A DNA stretch of 64,000 nt, from contig MU054187.1 of NCBI GenBank assembly GCA_013239625.1, positions 18,158,711-18,222,710 of the forward strand, given 5' to 3'. This DNA is from Lama guanicoe (Eukaryota). Every line of letters begins with the position of its first letter. Position 1 is the first letter of the stretch. This document shows positions 13,437 to 26,210 of the stretch, piece after piece. Under the pieces are notes generated by a model. That model ran no database searches, was not told where the DNA came from, and saw only the letters and a list, made by a program, of their open reading frames with translations. A program made the translations under genes and the position numbers.

Positions 13437-14072
13437 ATGTCAGTTCTGAAAACGACAGAAAACATAACATCCAACTGAAATAATATATGAGAAAGATGTG
13501 AATATCAAACTCTGACCCAGACCTGAATGTTACCTCTTTTATTGCGTTTTTTAGCAATTTTCACATAAAACAAGCAAGGACTGGTTAGAGATGAACTTTT
13601 TATATCAGATTTGGTGAAAGATCAGCAATCTATTATTTTTCAGACCAGAGAGTCCTGGAAGAGCTTATCTTTATCCTCTCCTTGCAGCGACAGGCTTTGT
13701 CATCCTGCTAGCTGGCACGTCCAACCCTGAGCTCCACTTCTGGCTGAAATAAACCTGTTGGTCATGGTTTAGGTCACTTTAATACAACATACAGTCTTAC
13801 TCTTTATTCAAGGTATTGATCCACACCTCTGAAAGATATGAAAAGAACTGAGTTAAGAGAGAGCCATTTCTTCTATGTTTTTTCCATCTTGTGACTGGTG
13901 TATTCATAGAAACTTCATTATCCAGGTTCATATGTTCACTGTGAATGGTTGTCTATTATTTATATTGTCTCCCCTCTTTTCCTTAGGGACTGTTTTTATT
14001 TGAGTATTTTTCAAAATTGGAAATAGACCCTGAGTCAATCTTCTATTATTAACAATCAAGGATGTTAATTTA

Positions 14073-14231
14073 CTGTATAGCACAGGGAAATATATTCAAG
14101 ATCTTGTAGTAGCTCACAATGAAAAAGAACATGAAAATGAATACATGTATATTCGTGTATGACTGAAAAATTGTGCTCTACACCAGAAATTGACACAACA
14201 TTGTAAACTGAATATAACTCAATTTTTTAAA
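14073..14231 (+). mobile_element. 5'-truncated lineage-specific L1 3' end with 15-bp TSD
   Basis: gtatagcacagggaaatatattcaagatcttg...gacacaacattgtaaactg; aaggatgttaattta at 14058-14072 and 14232-14246. Confidence 0.9.
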
Positions 14232-15061
14232 AAGGATGTTAATTTAAACATTTGATATTTGCTGAGCAGAAATGCAATCCCTGATAAATTAACTATTAGG
14301 AGGACTTACTAAAAGGCTACAGGTTGGTGGTTTTCATAAACAAGGGTTGTACAGTTTTCGTGTGTGTCACCGGCTAGTCAGGATCATGGGCCTCTGGAGT
14401 GTGTGGAACGAGAGCTGTGGTTGTGTTTACTGGGGAAAGGTGATTTTATTGGAAAGGTAGCACATCTCAAGAGTTTCCAGGAGAAGTACATGCTAATTTG
14501 GTCCTGTAATGCTTTCATTGATTTTGCAAATCATTTATGTAGCAGCTGTGGACACAACTGTACCACATCCAAGTCAACAGGAAAAAAAAGCTTTCTATAT
14601 GTTAGAGAAATTGGCTTAGCCTTAGATGGCTAGTTCAGCAAGGCAAGCTCTGATGTACACCCACACACAGTGGAAAGCAGCACCTGAGGGTTCTAGTAGG
14701 TTTTATTTCATTTTGTCTTTTAAAAAAGATTCTCTCTGCAATATAAAACTTGATGCAGGATTCTTCCTCTTGGCACATCTTTCATCAAATTAAAACTCCA
14801 GGCTTGAAACAGAAATTGCTGGTGAGAATGTTCAGATGCTTCAGGCTCTTCTCTCTGTAGGCAGAAGACGCTAAGCTGATTGTAAAATCACAGTGACTCA
14901 TCTAATTAGGCAGGAGAGGAATTTGGTCTTTATGGGAAAGAGAAATAAAAGCCTATATTGGCCTATGTTTTTCATTGCAACTATATCAGTTTACTTGAGT
15001 TTGAGTATCCCAGGAACTTGCGTGTCACCTTCAGAATGCCAATACCTCCCCCATGATAAAC

Positions 15062-15098
15062 GGTACTGGAGATTGAACCCAGGACCTCTTGCTTGCAC
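15062..15098 (-). mobile_element. short Vic-1-like SINE fragment (B-box part)
   Basis: ggtactggagattgaacccaggacctc is the reverse complement of the SINE core seen at 23093-23118. Confidence 0.65.
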
Positions 15099-15475
15099 GT
15101 GATAAATGGAATACGTCCAGTAAGACCCAGCACCCACACAATATCTCGGTAAGGGCTGACTAAAGCCACATTCTGTGGAATTAACTGCACTAAAATGTTG
15201 AAAGTCTATTCGGTGATAGTGATCTGTCAGCTTATTTCTAATAGAGATAGCTTGTTCTGTATTTCTCATTAAATTGTCTTCACGAGAAATAATGGATACT
15301 GGCTTGCTTTGAAGATATTTTATTTTTCCGACATCTAAACATAAGAAACAATATGTTAGGAAGTTATTTACAAATAAGATTTGTTTTTAGATAATAATAT
15401 TCTTGAAGAAAATCTTAATAATCAGAAGCCAGAAAATTTTGGAGTAAGGTATCTTCTCATTAAAAAAAAAAGACA

Positions 15476-15622
15476 CCAGAAGCTGGAAGAGGCAAGGAAA
15501 GGTGCTGCCCTGGAGCCTTCAGAGGGAACACGACCCTGTCAACACCGTGATCTCAGACTTCTGGCCGCCAGGACTGAGAGAATAAATTTCTGTGTTTTTT
15601 TAAAGCCAAAAAAAAAAAAAAA
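15476..15622 (+). mobile_element. MLT1 LTR fragment ending in poly(A), flanked by direct repeats
   Basis: ccagaagctggaagaggcaaggaa...AATAAA(15581)...aagcc+A15; (A)n-gaca on both flanks. Confidence 0.85.
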
Positions 15623-16039
15623 GACAACTTTCTTTGATAGTGTTTCTCCATCAGTCTGGGCATTACTCAACTCTTTTGCAATGCTAGCCTCCATGTGCCA
15701 AAATCTTATCTCAAGTTCCCTAAGACTCACCAAAGTGCTACCAAACACCAGGTGAGGTAGATTCTGAGAGGTAATTTTTAAACATAAAATCTACTGATTC
15801 TATAGAAAATACCAAAAGTTTTTTTAATCCCAATAGTTTTATTTTGTTCCCATAGTTAGAATTAAATCATATATCAATTTTCTATTTATATAGACATAAT
15901 AAAATATTATTAAAAAGAATTCATAAATACTATTTTTATTATTACACAATATTTCCATGAGGAGTCATACTTACGTTTCTATTCCATTTTTATTGTGGTG
16001 ATGAATGTCTTTGAGCATAAGATACATCATTGCGTGACA

Positions 16040-16210
16040 GAAAAAGCATGAGCTCTGGAATCAAATACAATTTCAAATTTTGTCCACTTCTGTGGAAGGC
16101 TATACGACCTGGGACAAGTTACTTTAGGCTCTCACTATCTCAGATTGATCACACTTTAAATAGGTGTTATATCTACCTGGTCAGGCTGTTGCAAAAGTTA
16201 ATTAAGACAA
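16040..16210 (+). mobile_element. MIR
   Basis: gctctggaatcaaa...gacctgggacaagttacttta...gttgcaaaagttaa. Confidence 0.6.
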
Positions 16211-18124
16211 TTTTCTATTTAGTTAAATCCTTTTTATAATACTTTGATTTACTTCCAAGGGGTAGGAATACTATTACTGGGACCAACACATGGGTTAGAG
16301 GTCTCCAGGAGTTAGGCCACACAATATTGAGGCAGTATTTCTCTCATCATAATCAATATTTCCAGGAGCCAAGACTGATGTAAAAAAGACAGCTAAATGA
16401 AGCAGACATGAAGTGTGAAGTAGAGATGGACAAAGATAATGAAGAACAGGACCAAAGGATGTGAGCAGAGAGGAAAGTTTACATTTGATTTTAGTACTAA
16501 GTCTGAAAATACATAATTAGCTGAATTCCCTTTTTGTGCTGCTTCTCGCATATAATCTGGAAACAATAAGGTATAAAGGACTCGTTTTAGCTTGGGCTTT
16601 TGGACTTTATCATCTTCACGTGGTGTATATCTTGTTTAAAGAATTTTTTTCATTTTCTCATTTGATTTTTTGGAATAGCCATACAAACTAAATATATTTT
16701 GACAATAACTTCTGTAATAATTTACATGGCATGTATTCAATTTTTAATTGTCTTAGTGGTTATTTGTATTTTCAAACACTTTTAAAGCTATATTTATCTA
16801 AAAATTCTTAAAATTATATAATTTTTGAAATAAAAAAGCAGATTTCTAGAGTTTATAATTATTTAAGGAGAATCTTTATTTCCTTTTACCCATCTATCCA
16901 CCATATCTTACTCTCCTGCAGTTTTCCTAATTTCCTGTAATGTAATTCAGGGGTTATAAATCTGTTTTTTGAAACTCTTGCCAATAGCATATTTTTTCAC
17001 ATAACTTTTATGCATTTAACTTTGGAACCAAATTCCATGTTATTTAAGTAATTGTATTGGCTTTTTGACTTGAGCATTTCTCATCAGTCTCTTTTATCTA
17101 CAACTCAGCATTCTTAGATTCTAAATTTTGATTTAATAACTGAAGGGCATCTATATAGGAAAGTTAACTTGATAGAAAATCTACTTTTATTTCTATAAAC
17201 ATCGAAAACATCTTGCTATACATTTTACCCACAAAAATTAATTTGGCTGCACAAAGATATTGTCAGTAGTAAATTTTATTTTATTGTCCTTCGGAAGCTA
17301 ACCTTATGGGAAAAGATCTAAAGTCAAAATAAGTTGTAGTCATTTTTAATTTACTTGGACATATATAAGTATTTTTAATATGTCCTGAATGTGGGCAGAT
17401 AATCATCACTTTATGAATTTTGTGAACTATGTCATTTTCAGTTCAGAACAATTTCTACCATAATTTTTGTCACAGATTCTGTTCACCAGTTCTATCGTCT
17501 CCTTAAAAAAAAATTATTGCCTTTGCCTCATTTTCTCCATACTTATTCTCATCATTTTTGTCTATTTATTTATACTTTTTGTCTGTGATTTAAAGATGTA
17601 TCTACAGTTAGTCTTTTACATCATGAATTGGAATTTAATGTTTCTTAATCTGCATATACTATTCATTCACAAGCAAACTTTGCCCTGTTCTGACGATCTG
17701 CTACTATTCGTACATTTGATATTTATTTATATCATGTTGTCATGAATCTAAAGTGTTCTTGTTTTGCTTACAAGTGTTTCATTTCAGAGAAAGGTGATTC
17801 CTTTGACACTAGGATAATGGATCGTGTCTTTTATGTTGTAGTCCTTGTAAGTTAATTTGCCATCTACCATCCCCCTCCAATTCCACACTTTCTCTATTTA
17901 AAAGAAAGGCTCTATTTACTTGAGGTTTTGGCATAGGGACAACATTAGAGGCTATAAAAATTGTCCTGGGCTCTACAAGCTTTTTGTATGGGGCTTTACA
18001 CAAATTCCTCCACAAAACAATTCAATCTAGCACACTGTATGGTCAGAGGTGAAGTATTAAGGGTGTCCTGGAATGCGATACTCAAGCTGTGTCTCATCAC
18101 CAACTCCCACTGGATGATCCAGAT

Positions 18125-18341
18125 CAGAGGTCTGCAAACTACAGCCTGCAAGCCAAATCTGGCACACCGTCTGTTTTGGTAAATAAAATTTGATTGGAAT
18201 AGAGCCATGCTTCTGCATTTATATATTGTCTGTGGCACCTTTCTAGCTGCAATAACAGAGAAATTGTTGCAACAGAGACCATAAGGTCTACAAATCCTAA
18301 AATAATTACTATCTGGCTCCTTATAGAAAAAAAAATCACTG
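18125..18341 (+). mobile_element. MER58A-like hAT-Charlie element
   Basis: cagaggtctgcaaactacagcctgcaagccaaatctggc...aaataaaatttgattggaa...tactatctggctccttatagaaaaa. Confidence 0.9.
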
Positions 18342-19389
18342 GAAAGAGAATGGGATAAGCATCACTGTTTCAGTCATCATTTAGGGTGATTATCACAAAC
18401 CCCAGGAGCATATCAGTGCACTGAAACGTGACACAGTGACAGAATTATCCTTTGTAGAGATAGCAAGTGAGGTTGACGGAGTTTTGCTCCACCCTGGTAT
18501 CAGTAATAAGGATTGTTAACCTCTTATTAGACTTCGGAGTATTTCAATTCCCTTCTATGTTAATTGCAGAAAAACATGTTATGATTTCTGGATGACTTTC
18601 CGGCCATTTTAAACAGGAAATTTGTGGATGGAGACAGGAATTAGTATATGCTCATATTGCTATGTTACATTCAAGTCATCTTGTTGTTGTTGTTTTTTTA
18701 AACCTGTAATGTTAAATCCAAATACAGAAACACATTTTTTTTTTTTGGTGGCAAGGTAACTCAATGAAACATTATTTAAAGATTTGCAAAATCTGTCTTT
18801 TGGAATTTAGAGAAGAGAAAACAATATTGCACTCCCGAAGTTACAGTTTCCATTGTAAAGAATAAATGAAAAGGGAGACTTAAGTGACCTTCTAACTTCT
18901 AAAGGTAATTATTTTCCCTGGTAAGGGATGTTCACTACTATGAGGGACATGAGATGTTTCCCTCAGGTTTTATTCTGACATTCTTCCTATTATGTTGCCC
19001 AATTTCCACAAGCCCCACATACTGCATATCAATTCAAGACGCTGAAACTTTGTGTACTTGATATGGCACAGACAATGCCACCAGGCTGCAAGGTGGTAGA
19101 CCAGATATCTGAATCTTGAAGGCCTCTAGATTATGCAGCTTTATATGTGTCCGAGGAAAGACATCTCCAAAGGTGGTAATGAGCATCCTTAGATATTAAT
19201 GCCAATTCGATATTCCACACATCTAAAGTCACTTTTTATAAAAAAGCAAAAACTGAATGGGTCGACTGCATTGTGTACAGTGAGAACTGACAGACTTGCT
19301 TTATGATGCACCTTGAAGATGAAGATATGTACGGTTCTCAGGCTCCAACTTTTTCCGTGGACAGAGTCCGTCTCCCTTGTTAATGACAC

Positions 19390-19680
19390 ACTCAACAAGC
19401 ATTCCTTGAGTGCACACTATGTGACAAGTGTGGCGTTAGGCACCAGGAACACAAACGTGAGAGAGAAATGAGACTGTTTGGCTCTCAGGAAACTCATAAT
19501 CTAGTAAGGAAAAAAAACAGTAACTAGATACATTGACAAATTGTTACAATAGAAGAGGGCAGGTGCTGTACTAGAGTTTTTCTGGGGCAACCGGGGACCA
19601 GGGAAGGTGCTGTCAGGGATGCTCCACCAAGGTGACAGTTCCACCTGAACTGAGTCTTGAAGGATGAGAGGGAGTTCTCA
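19390..19680 (-). mobile_element. L2 relic
   Basis: tcaacaagcattccttgagtgcacactatgtg...aactcataatctagt...gaactgagtcttgaaggatgag. Confidence 0.7.
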
Positions 19681-20444
19681 CTAAATTTTTTGCTTCACAA
19701 CATGATGATCCCACCTCTGTCACAGAACTCATATCCTGTATGAGTGTAGAATGTACCCATGTGCACGTTTGCCTGAAAGAGAGAGCCAGCATCTTAAAGG
19801 CTGAGAAATTAAGAACCCCCTTACTAGCGAGATTACTCATCATTTCTATGCCCAGAGTTTAGTACAGTGCTAGACTCTTAAAGGTACTCAGGGCATTTCT
19901 GGTGAATCTATGAATAGTGAATTTTAGTCTTGAACCCCCAACTTTATTTGTGGTCAATTTAAATTCAACATGGTTTTTAAAAGTGGCATTTTCCCCAGAT
20001 GTAGCCCTCTTTCTGATTTGCTAATTTCTGCCAACAATTTCTCCATTGTCTGCTTCACCCTGTCTCAAAAACCTCTATGTTACCTCTGATTCCTTTATCT
20101 CCTTCACTACCAGCATCCAATTACCAAAATTTCTGATTGATTACCCTCTCATGATGTTGCTCTTGTCCCCATGGCTGAACCCTGCTTCAGGTCACCCCTG
20201 GTGTCATGCTTATTTCAATAGCTTTGTAATTTCTCTGAACCTTACAGTTATTTTCTTTCCATTCTCCTCTGAAACCCTCCCCTATGTTTAAAACCGTCCA
20301 CCTTTGGCTTTAATTCTATGTGCCATCTACTCAAACAAAGTAAAAATATATTCTTATGAAGTATCTTTTTGTTTTCAAATCAGATATCTTTTACTCATAT
20401 CAAAAGACATGGGGAGTGCACTAGGAAACAGTTGTCACCCTTGG

Positions 20445-20990
20445 TATATTAGTTCTCTCTCGCCAAGGAATACATTACCATAAACTTGGCATCGTAACAA
20501 CAACACGCATTAAGTATCTCAGAGCTTCCATGGATCAGGAGTCTGGACACTGAGGCTTTTGTTTCAGGGTCTCACAGGCTGCAATCAAGGTGTCGGCTGG
20601 GCTGGAATCTCATCTGAGGCTTAGGGTTCTCTCTTCCAAGCTCATATGGTTGTGGGTGTTGGCAGAATTCGGTTCCTTAGAGCTGGAGACCCGAAGCCCG
20701 TGGCTCCTAAAGGTTGCCTTCAGTTCCCTGCCACGTGACCCTCTCTATAGGTGGTTCACAACATAACAGCGTGCTTCTTCAAGGTCAGCTGGGGAGGAGA
20801 GTGAGTCTGCCCGGAGTCATAATGTACACAGGTAATGCGCTATCGTCACGGGAGTAATAGCCTTACCTTTGCCATATAATATAATGTAATCACAAGAGTG
20901 ACACCCCACCAGTTTCTATGTTTTGTTGGTTCAAAATAAGTCACCTGTCCCACCCACACCCAAGGGGACAGGATTATACAGGAGCATGAT
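20445..20990 (-). mobile_element. MaLR LTR (MLT1E-like)
   Basis: cagggtctcacaggctgcaatcaaggtgtcggctgggctg, ttggcagaattc, ccacacccaaggggacaggattataca. Confidence 0.85.
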
Positions 20991-23047
20991 AATAAATAGC
21001 CTGACTCCATTTTTTATATTTTATCACAGACAGCTTGTATGCCTCCCCCTCTTTCTTCTCCTTCTGTCCATAACTGTGCACGCTGATAGCAAAGTCCTTC
21101 CTTTGGAGCCCATGGGAAGTTCACACCCGCGAGCGTTATCTGCACTTGAGAACCCTGACCACAGTTCCCCTCTAAACACGGTAACAACCCCCAGACGGAG
21201 TCCTTTCCCTGCTCTGTGAGGCCATTTTCAGACCAGCCTGAGATGAGTCCTCATTATGTAGTAATGCCCCTTTTCGTACACTCTGGTGTATGTATGGCAT
21301 CATCATTCTTGACTTCTGAACCAGATTTCAGGTGGAGGGTCCAACTGCTCCTGCAGAGTATTTACTACGGGCACAAATACCAGGAGGTGGGGGTCACTGA
21401 CAGTGACCCTGCAGTGTATGCACCACACTAGCTTTTAATGTTGCCACAAGAAAAATGCACAGTCCCTGTACTTTGAAGCCTTTTTTGGTGCTTCTGTTAT
21501 GGGAAGTATAGAAAGCATGTTACAGGAAATTCTGCCTTGCTGTTATAGAAATGTGTTGGATAACTATAAATATGAGAAAAACAACATTTCTAAGATTATC
21601 TATTTTCAGACATCAGTAGGCAAAATCACAAACTTGGTTATACACACCATTGACAAGTAATATTTTGAAAACAAAAAGATGAGAAATGTTTAAGTGTCGA
21701 ATTAGCATGAAATATATGTGTACGTAAATGTTTATACACATATACACACAGTGTTCCCAGCTGTATCTGGTCATGGGAAAAGTCCAAATGAGTTCTGATT
21801 ATTCCTGTGTTGGTCAGGAAGTGAAATGTTTTTTACACTCCCACCTCCTCTCAAGGTTTCAAAGACTTCCAATTTTTATTCAGTAAAACGTACAGCACCT
21901 AGAAGTGTGGAACTCTGGTCTGTCCACTGACAATGGGTCACTGAGGAGCAGGGAATACATATTGGAGAATAGCTAGTAATGAGCCAATTCGACTTTGCTC
22001 CCCAAAACCTGTAATAGAAAAATCCAACCCTCTCCACTCCTTTGAGGAATCAGGACCCCCTACTCTTTCTTTCCTGGTGTAGTCCTCTTCCACCGACCTT
22101 GTTTACTAATCTTTGATTACCCAAATATACCTCCATGAGTACATATGTGCGTCTTTCTGATTTGCAGTTGGACATGTATTTTTTAGTCTTATTTTCTATT
22201 TATGTGTAGGGTTGGGGAAGTAAAAATAGCCCCCAAGATAACAATAGAGAGTAGAAGAGAGGGCAAATACTCAGAAAAAGCAGAGACGAATGCTTTGAGC
22301 TGTAACCCTGTCTCCCAAAATAGAAGCGTTTATTTTAAGTTGGACTCTCTTAACCAATAAGATACACACTAGTTAAAAATACATAAACACAGTATTTTTA
22401 ATTTATCAGCTCTGTGGGGAGCTTATTGTAGGCAGGGGGCATGTTTCTTTCCTCTTTATAATTACAGGGCTCATGATGATGCCTGGCACTGAAGGCACTT
22501 AATAAATATGGATTTAATTGAATTTTATATGTTATACGAAAAGCAAGTACTTAGTTTAATTGGAACAGAAGGTCTCATTTATGCGAACATACTATTATTC
22601 TTTATCCTTTAACTTGTGAAATAGATCTACTAGACAAATCTTAAAACTGCTTTATTTTCACAGAAAAATTAAAATGTATGCTTTTGGTAAGGGACAGGAA
22701 CTGTAATAGGTTAGTTTTTAATCTTGGGGTTAGCAATTGTTGAACATGGTATACTGCCTTGTGAGCCTGCCATCCAATATTCAGCTTTTCTTTAGTGCAA
22801 GGTTGTATCAGTTGGCCATTGCTGCATAACAAACCATCTCAAGGCTTAGTTATTTGACATAACAATTATTTATTAAATCTCATAAGTCACAAGGCTGGGT
22901 GTTGGTTGATCTTGACTGGACTTGCTTGTATTCCTGCAGGTGAATTCTACTTCATGTGTCTCTCATCCTTCTCCTAAGCCCTGAGAGCCAGGCCAGCCAT
23001 GTCCTCCTTACAGTCTGACAGAGCCCATAAAGGACAAAGTTTCTCCA

Positions 23048-23185
23048 GGGGAGGGTATAGCTCAGTGGTAGAGCACAGGCATAGCATGCGTGAGGTCCTG
23101 GGTTCAATCCCCAGTACTTCTGTTAAAAAATAATAAGTAAATAAATAAATAAAAATAAACCTAATTGCCCTCCTAAATAAATAAA
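23048..23185 (+). mobile_element. tRNA-derived SINE (Vic-1-like)
   Basis: ggggagggtatagctcagtggtagagc...gaggtcctgggttcaatccccagtac, A-rich tail, aaacctaattgccc. Confidence 0.93.
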
Positions 23186-23225
23186 CTAAGTATACTAGTG
23201 GTAAGAGGATGGGGAATAAAAAGAA

Positions 23226-23436
23226 CAAAGTTTCTCAAATTCAACACTATTTCTATTTTAGATTGAATAATTCTTTCTTGTGAGGAGTTGTCATGTCCAT
23301 TACCAGATGTTCAGTATCCCTGGCCTCGGCTCACTAGATGCCAATAGAATCCCCTAAGTCATAACAGCTAATAATGTCTCCAGAAATTGCCAAATTCCCT
23401 TGGGGGCAAAATTGCTCCCCCAGTTGAGAACCACTT
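23226..23436 (-). mobile_element. MER20 hAT-Charlie element
   Basis: cactagatgccaatag, aatgtctccagaaattgccaaat, gggggcaaaattgctcccccagttgagaaccact. Confidence 0.9.
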
Positions 23437-24819
23437 CTCTAGTGCACCAGCAGAAATGTGCAAGGCTTCAGGACTTCTGTGCTTGGAGCTGCACACCCTC
23501 ACATCTACTTCATTCTGTTGGCCAAGACAAGCTACAAGGAGGAGCAATCAAGAGGAGGGGCAGGCCACCTTGTTCTTGGCAAAGTTACATAGGAAGGGAT
23601 ATGAATACAGAGAGATTAGAAGAACTGGGCTATTAAAATGGCAAATCCACCTCACCAGTTATGAGTTCAGGAACTTCACTCTGGTATAGACTCCCTTCCA
23701 AGGCTGTAAGAATGTTTTCCATCATTTGCAATCTTATTAGAACAAGTTTCCAGGGCTTGGATCCTGTGCTATGACCACTTTCCGTTTGGTCTGATTATTT
23801 GCGATATCTGCTAGACATAACAGGTATCACATAAAATAACATGATCTCTTTTATGTTTTATATATTAGGTTTTCTTCAATGTAATGCACAAAATAGTCCA
23901 ATCCAGAAATTTTTCATATTGTAATATTAAGTTCTATAAATGACAATGGTTATTTCTCACTTAGAAAGTATGTTCACACATAACCATGCACATATACAGA
24001 GCAACATAGAATTGCTTGATGTTAAAATAATACAAATGCAACATGTACCCTCTGTGAAGCAGAATTGTAGGCATGTGAGGTATACATTAAAGAACACAAC
24101 TTAAGAACTAATTGTTTTTGATTTGGGGGAAAAAAAAGAAAAAAGTTTGCAGATGTTGGAAAATACTTTTCTTTAAAAGAGAACCAACTATGATTGAGGG
24201 GAAATAGCACATTGAAACTAATTTTGTCTTTTACATTTCAGTAACCTTGAGTAAAGTCATTTAATCTACCTGAGATTCAGTTTATTCAGTCACCAAGGAT
24301 ATTAGGCTGGATCATATTAAATTGCCAATACTGAATTGATTTCTTTAACCTTCAAACATAGCAATTTTACGTGATTCAGAACAACAGATAATAATATTAG
24401 CAGCACAGTAATTTTTTTAAGTGTTAAAAGAGTCAATATTAGTTGATTTTGAATCAAACTAAGACATACAATGGTAGAGTCAGAGAAATACAGAGATCCG
24501 TGATATTAATACAGAACAATCTCTAAAACAAAGGTACAACAGTATTTTCCAGGAAGCATCTGCTCCTTTTTAATAGCTTTGATCAAATTCCAAATAAAAA
24601 AAAATAAAATCACATAAAAATTAGAGAGCTATGAAAATGGTTGGAGGTGGTGAGGAGAGGGAAAAGGAATAAAAGAGAGAAAAGAAATTTTTCTTTTAAG
24701 ATAGAACAAAGGCTAACACAGAAGAGACTGAAAATGAATTCAAGTTCTGTTATTTGAAATATTCCTGTAAGGAAAAATGAACCTATTGTTTTTGATTCTC
24801 TAAAGCAATCAAACCTTAC

Positions 24820-24898
24820 CTTGGAAATGAAATACCAAGACTAAAATGTTTTCTTTTGAAGCTGGATAAAAGATGAGTCATCCTTCGAGACAAGTTTC
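24820..24898 (-). other. candidate internal exon (79 nt)
   Basis: minus strand: ttctttttaaattctctttttag acceptor, AAG|gtaagg donor; one open frame (NLSRRMTHLLSSFKRKHFSLGISFP). Confidence 0.45.
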
Positions 24899-25447
24899 CT
24901 AAAAAGAGAATTTAAAAAGAACGAAGGGATAAAAATACAGTATGAGCACAAGTTTTCATTAAATTCCTTCTTAATTATAAGAGAAGACGGTTGGCTCAGT
25001 AGTGAGTGAGTTGGCCACTGTGCTATGTTGATATATTCATTTTATGATGGGTATAAAATAAACAGTATCTTTCTTGAAGAAGCAGTAAAAAGTAAACAAT
25101 GTAATACTTAGATTAATGGTTCCAAAACCAAATTAATCTTCAGAATTACGTGGGACACTTTCTTAAAATAAAAAACAAAGCACAGAGACCCCATCTCAGC
25201 TGGGCTTGAGTTTCAAGAATTTGCTTTTTCAAAAAGCTCCACAATTCATTTTAATCACTAAAGTTTGAAAAAAAACTCAGTTAAAACATACGTCCTATTG
25301 CTCTTTTCCATTTATTTAACTGGGTCGTATTTCCACACGAGAGGCCAAGCCTTTTTTTTTTATATATTTTTATGCATGTTCTCCATTTGGTGTTCAACAG
25401 TGAAACTTTATGTTGTCTCTGAGGTTCTGTCTGACACTAGGTTAATA

Positions 25448-25875
25448 ACTATTAATCTCCTTAGGCTGCCATAACAAAATACAACAGAGTGGGTGGCTTA
25501 ATCAGAAACTTACTTTCTCACAGCTCTGGAGGCAGGAAGAGTGAGATCAGGGTGGCAGCATGACTGGTTTCTGGTGCAAGAGCTCTTCCTGGCTTGTAGA
25601 CAGCCAGCTTTCCGCTTTGTCCTCACATGGCCTTTACTCTGTGCAGGTGGAGAGAGGAGGAGGAGGAGAGAGAGAGAGAGAGAGAAAGAGAAAGAGAATG
25701 CTCCTAAGTGTCTCTTTTTATAAGAACACTAATCCTATGGGACTGAAGTCTCACCCTTCTGATCTCATTTAAACTGAATGACTTCCCTAGAGGCCCCATC
25801 TCCAATACAACCACACTGGGAGTTAACACATCAACATATACATTTGGGGAGGACACAGATGGGCAGGCCATTACA
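25448..25875 (-). mobile_element. MaLR LTR (MLT1A0-like) with internal GA-rich repeat
   Basis: aggctgccataacaaaatac...gggtggctta...gtcctcacatggc...ccatctccaatac...tttggggaggacaca. Confidence 0.88.
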
Positions 25876-26099
25876 ATGACCAATTACTTCTCTTAAAAGA
25901 AGCAAACTTAGCTGGCTTCAAGATGTGTTTGAGTATCACTTATGATGGAGGAAAAAAACCTAAGCCTAATGAACTACATTTACATCTTCTGTCTAAAATG
26001 CACAGGTATCTAAAACATTGTGTAATGCCTAAAACATTCAATAAGTGGTTGTGTACTCAAAGATTTGATTCTCTTTAGAGAACCAAGGAGAATACTTAC

Positions 26100-26210
26100 G
26101 CTGTCCCTCCCTTAAACATTGGCTTTGTCCTCTGGCCTCATCTGTTAGAACCCTGAACATCCCTCCAAGGCAGGAGATGGGAGGAGTTACTGCGATCTTG
26201 TTGGAGGAAT
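26100..26210 (-). other. candidate internal exon (111 nt, phase 1-1)
   Basis: minus strand: tgtcctttcttcag acceptor, AGC|gtaagt donor; length divisible by 3, open frame. Confidence 0.45.

Larger units (their letters stand above)
22804..23657 (-). mobile_element. MaLR LTR (MLT1H-like), split by MER20 and a SINE
   Basis: tgtatcagtt...attgctgcataacaaacca on the left; cattctgttggccaa...gaagaactggg on the right of the insertions. Confidence 0.75.

Noticed and set aside
23048..23120. tRNA-Ala-like genes (also 2067, 7442, 63870)
   Set aside because: All continue into a shared A-rich SINE tail, most have TSDs, and the stems are mutated; they are SINEs, not tRNA genes.
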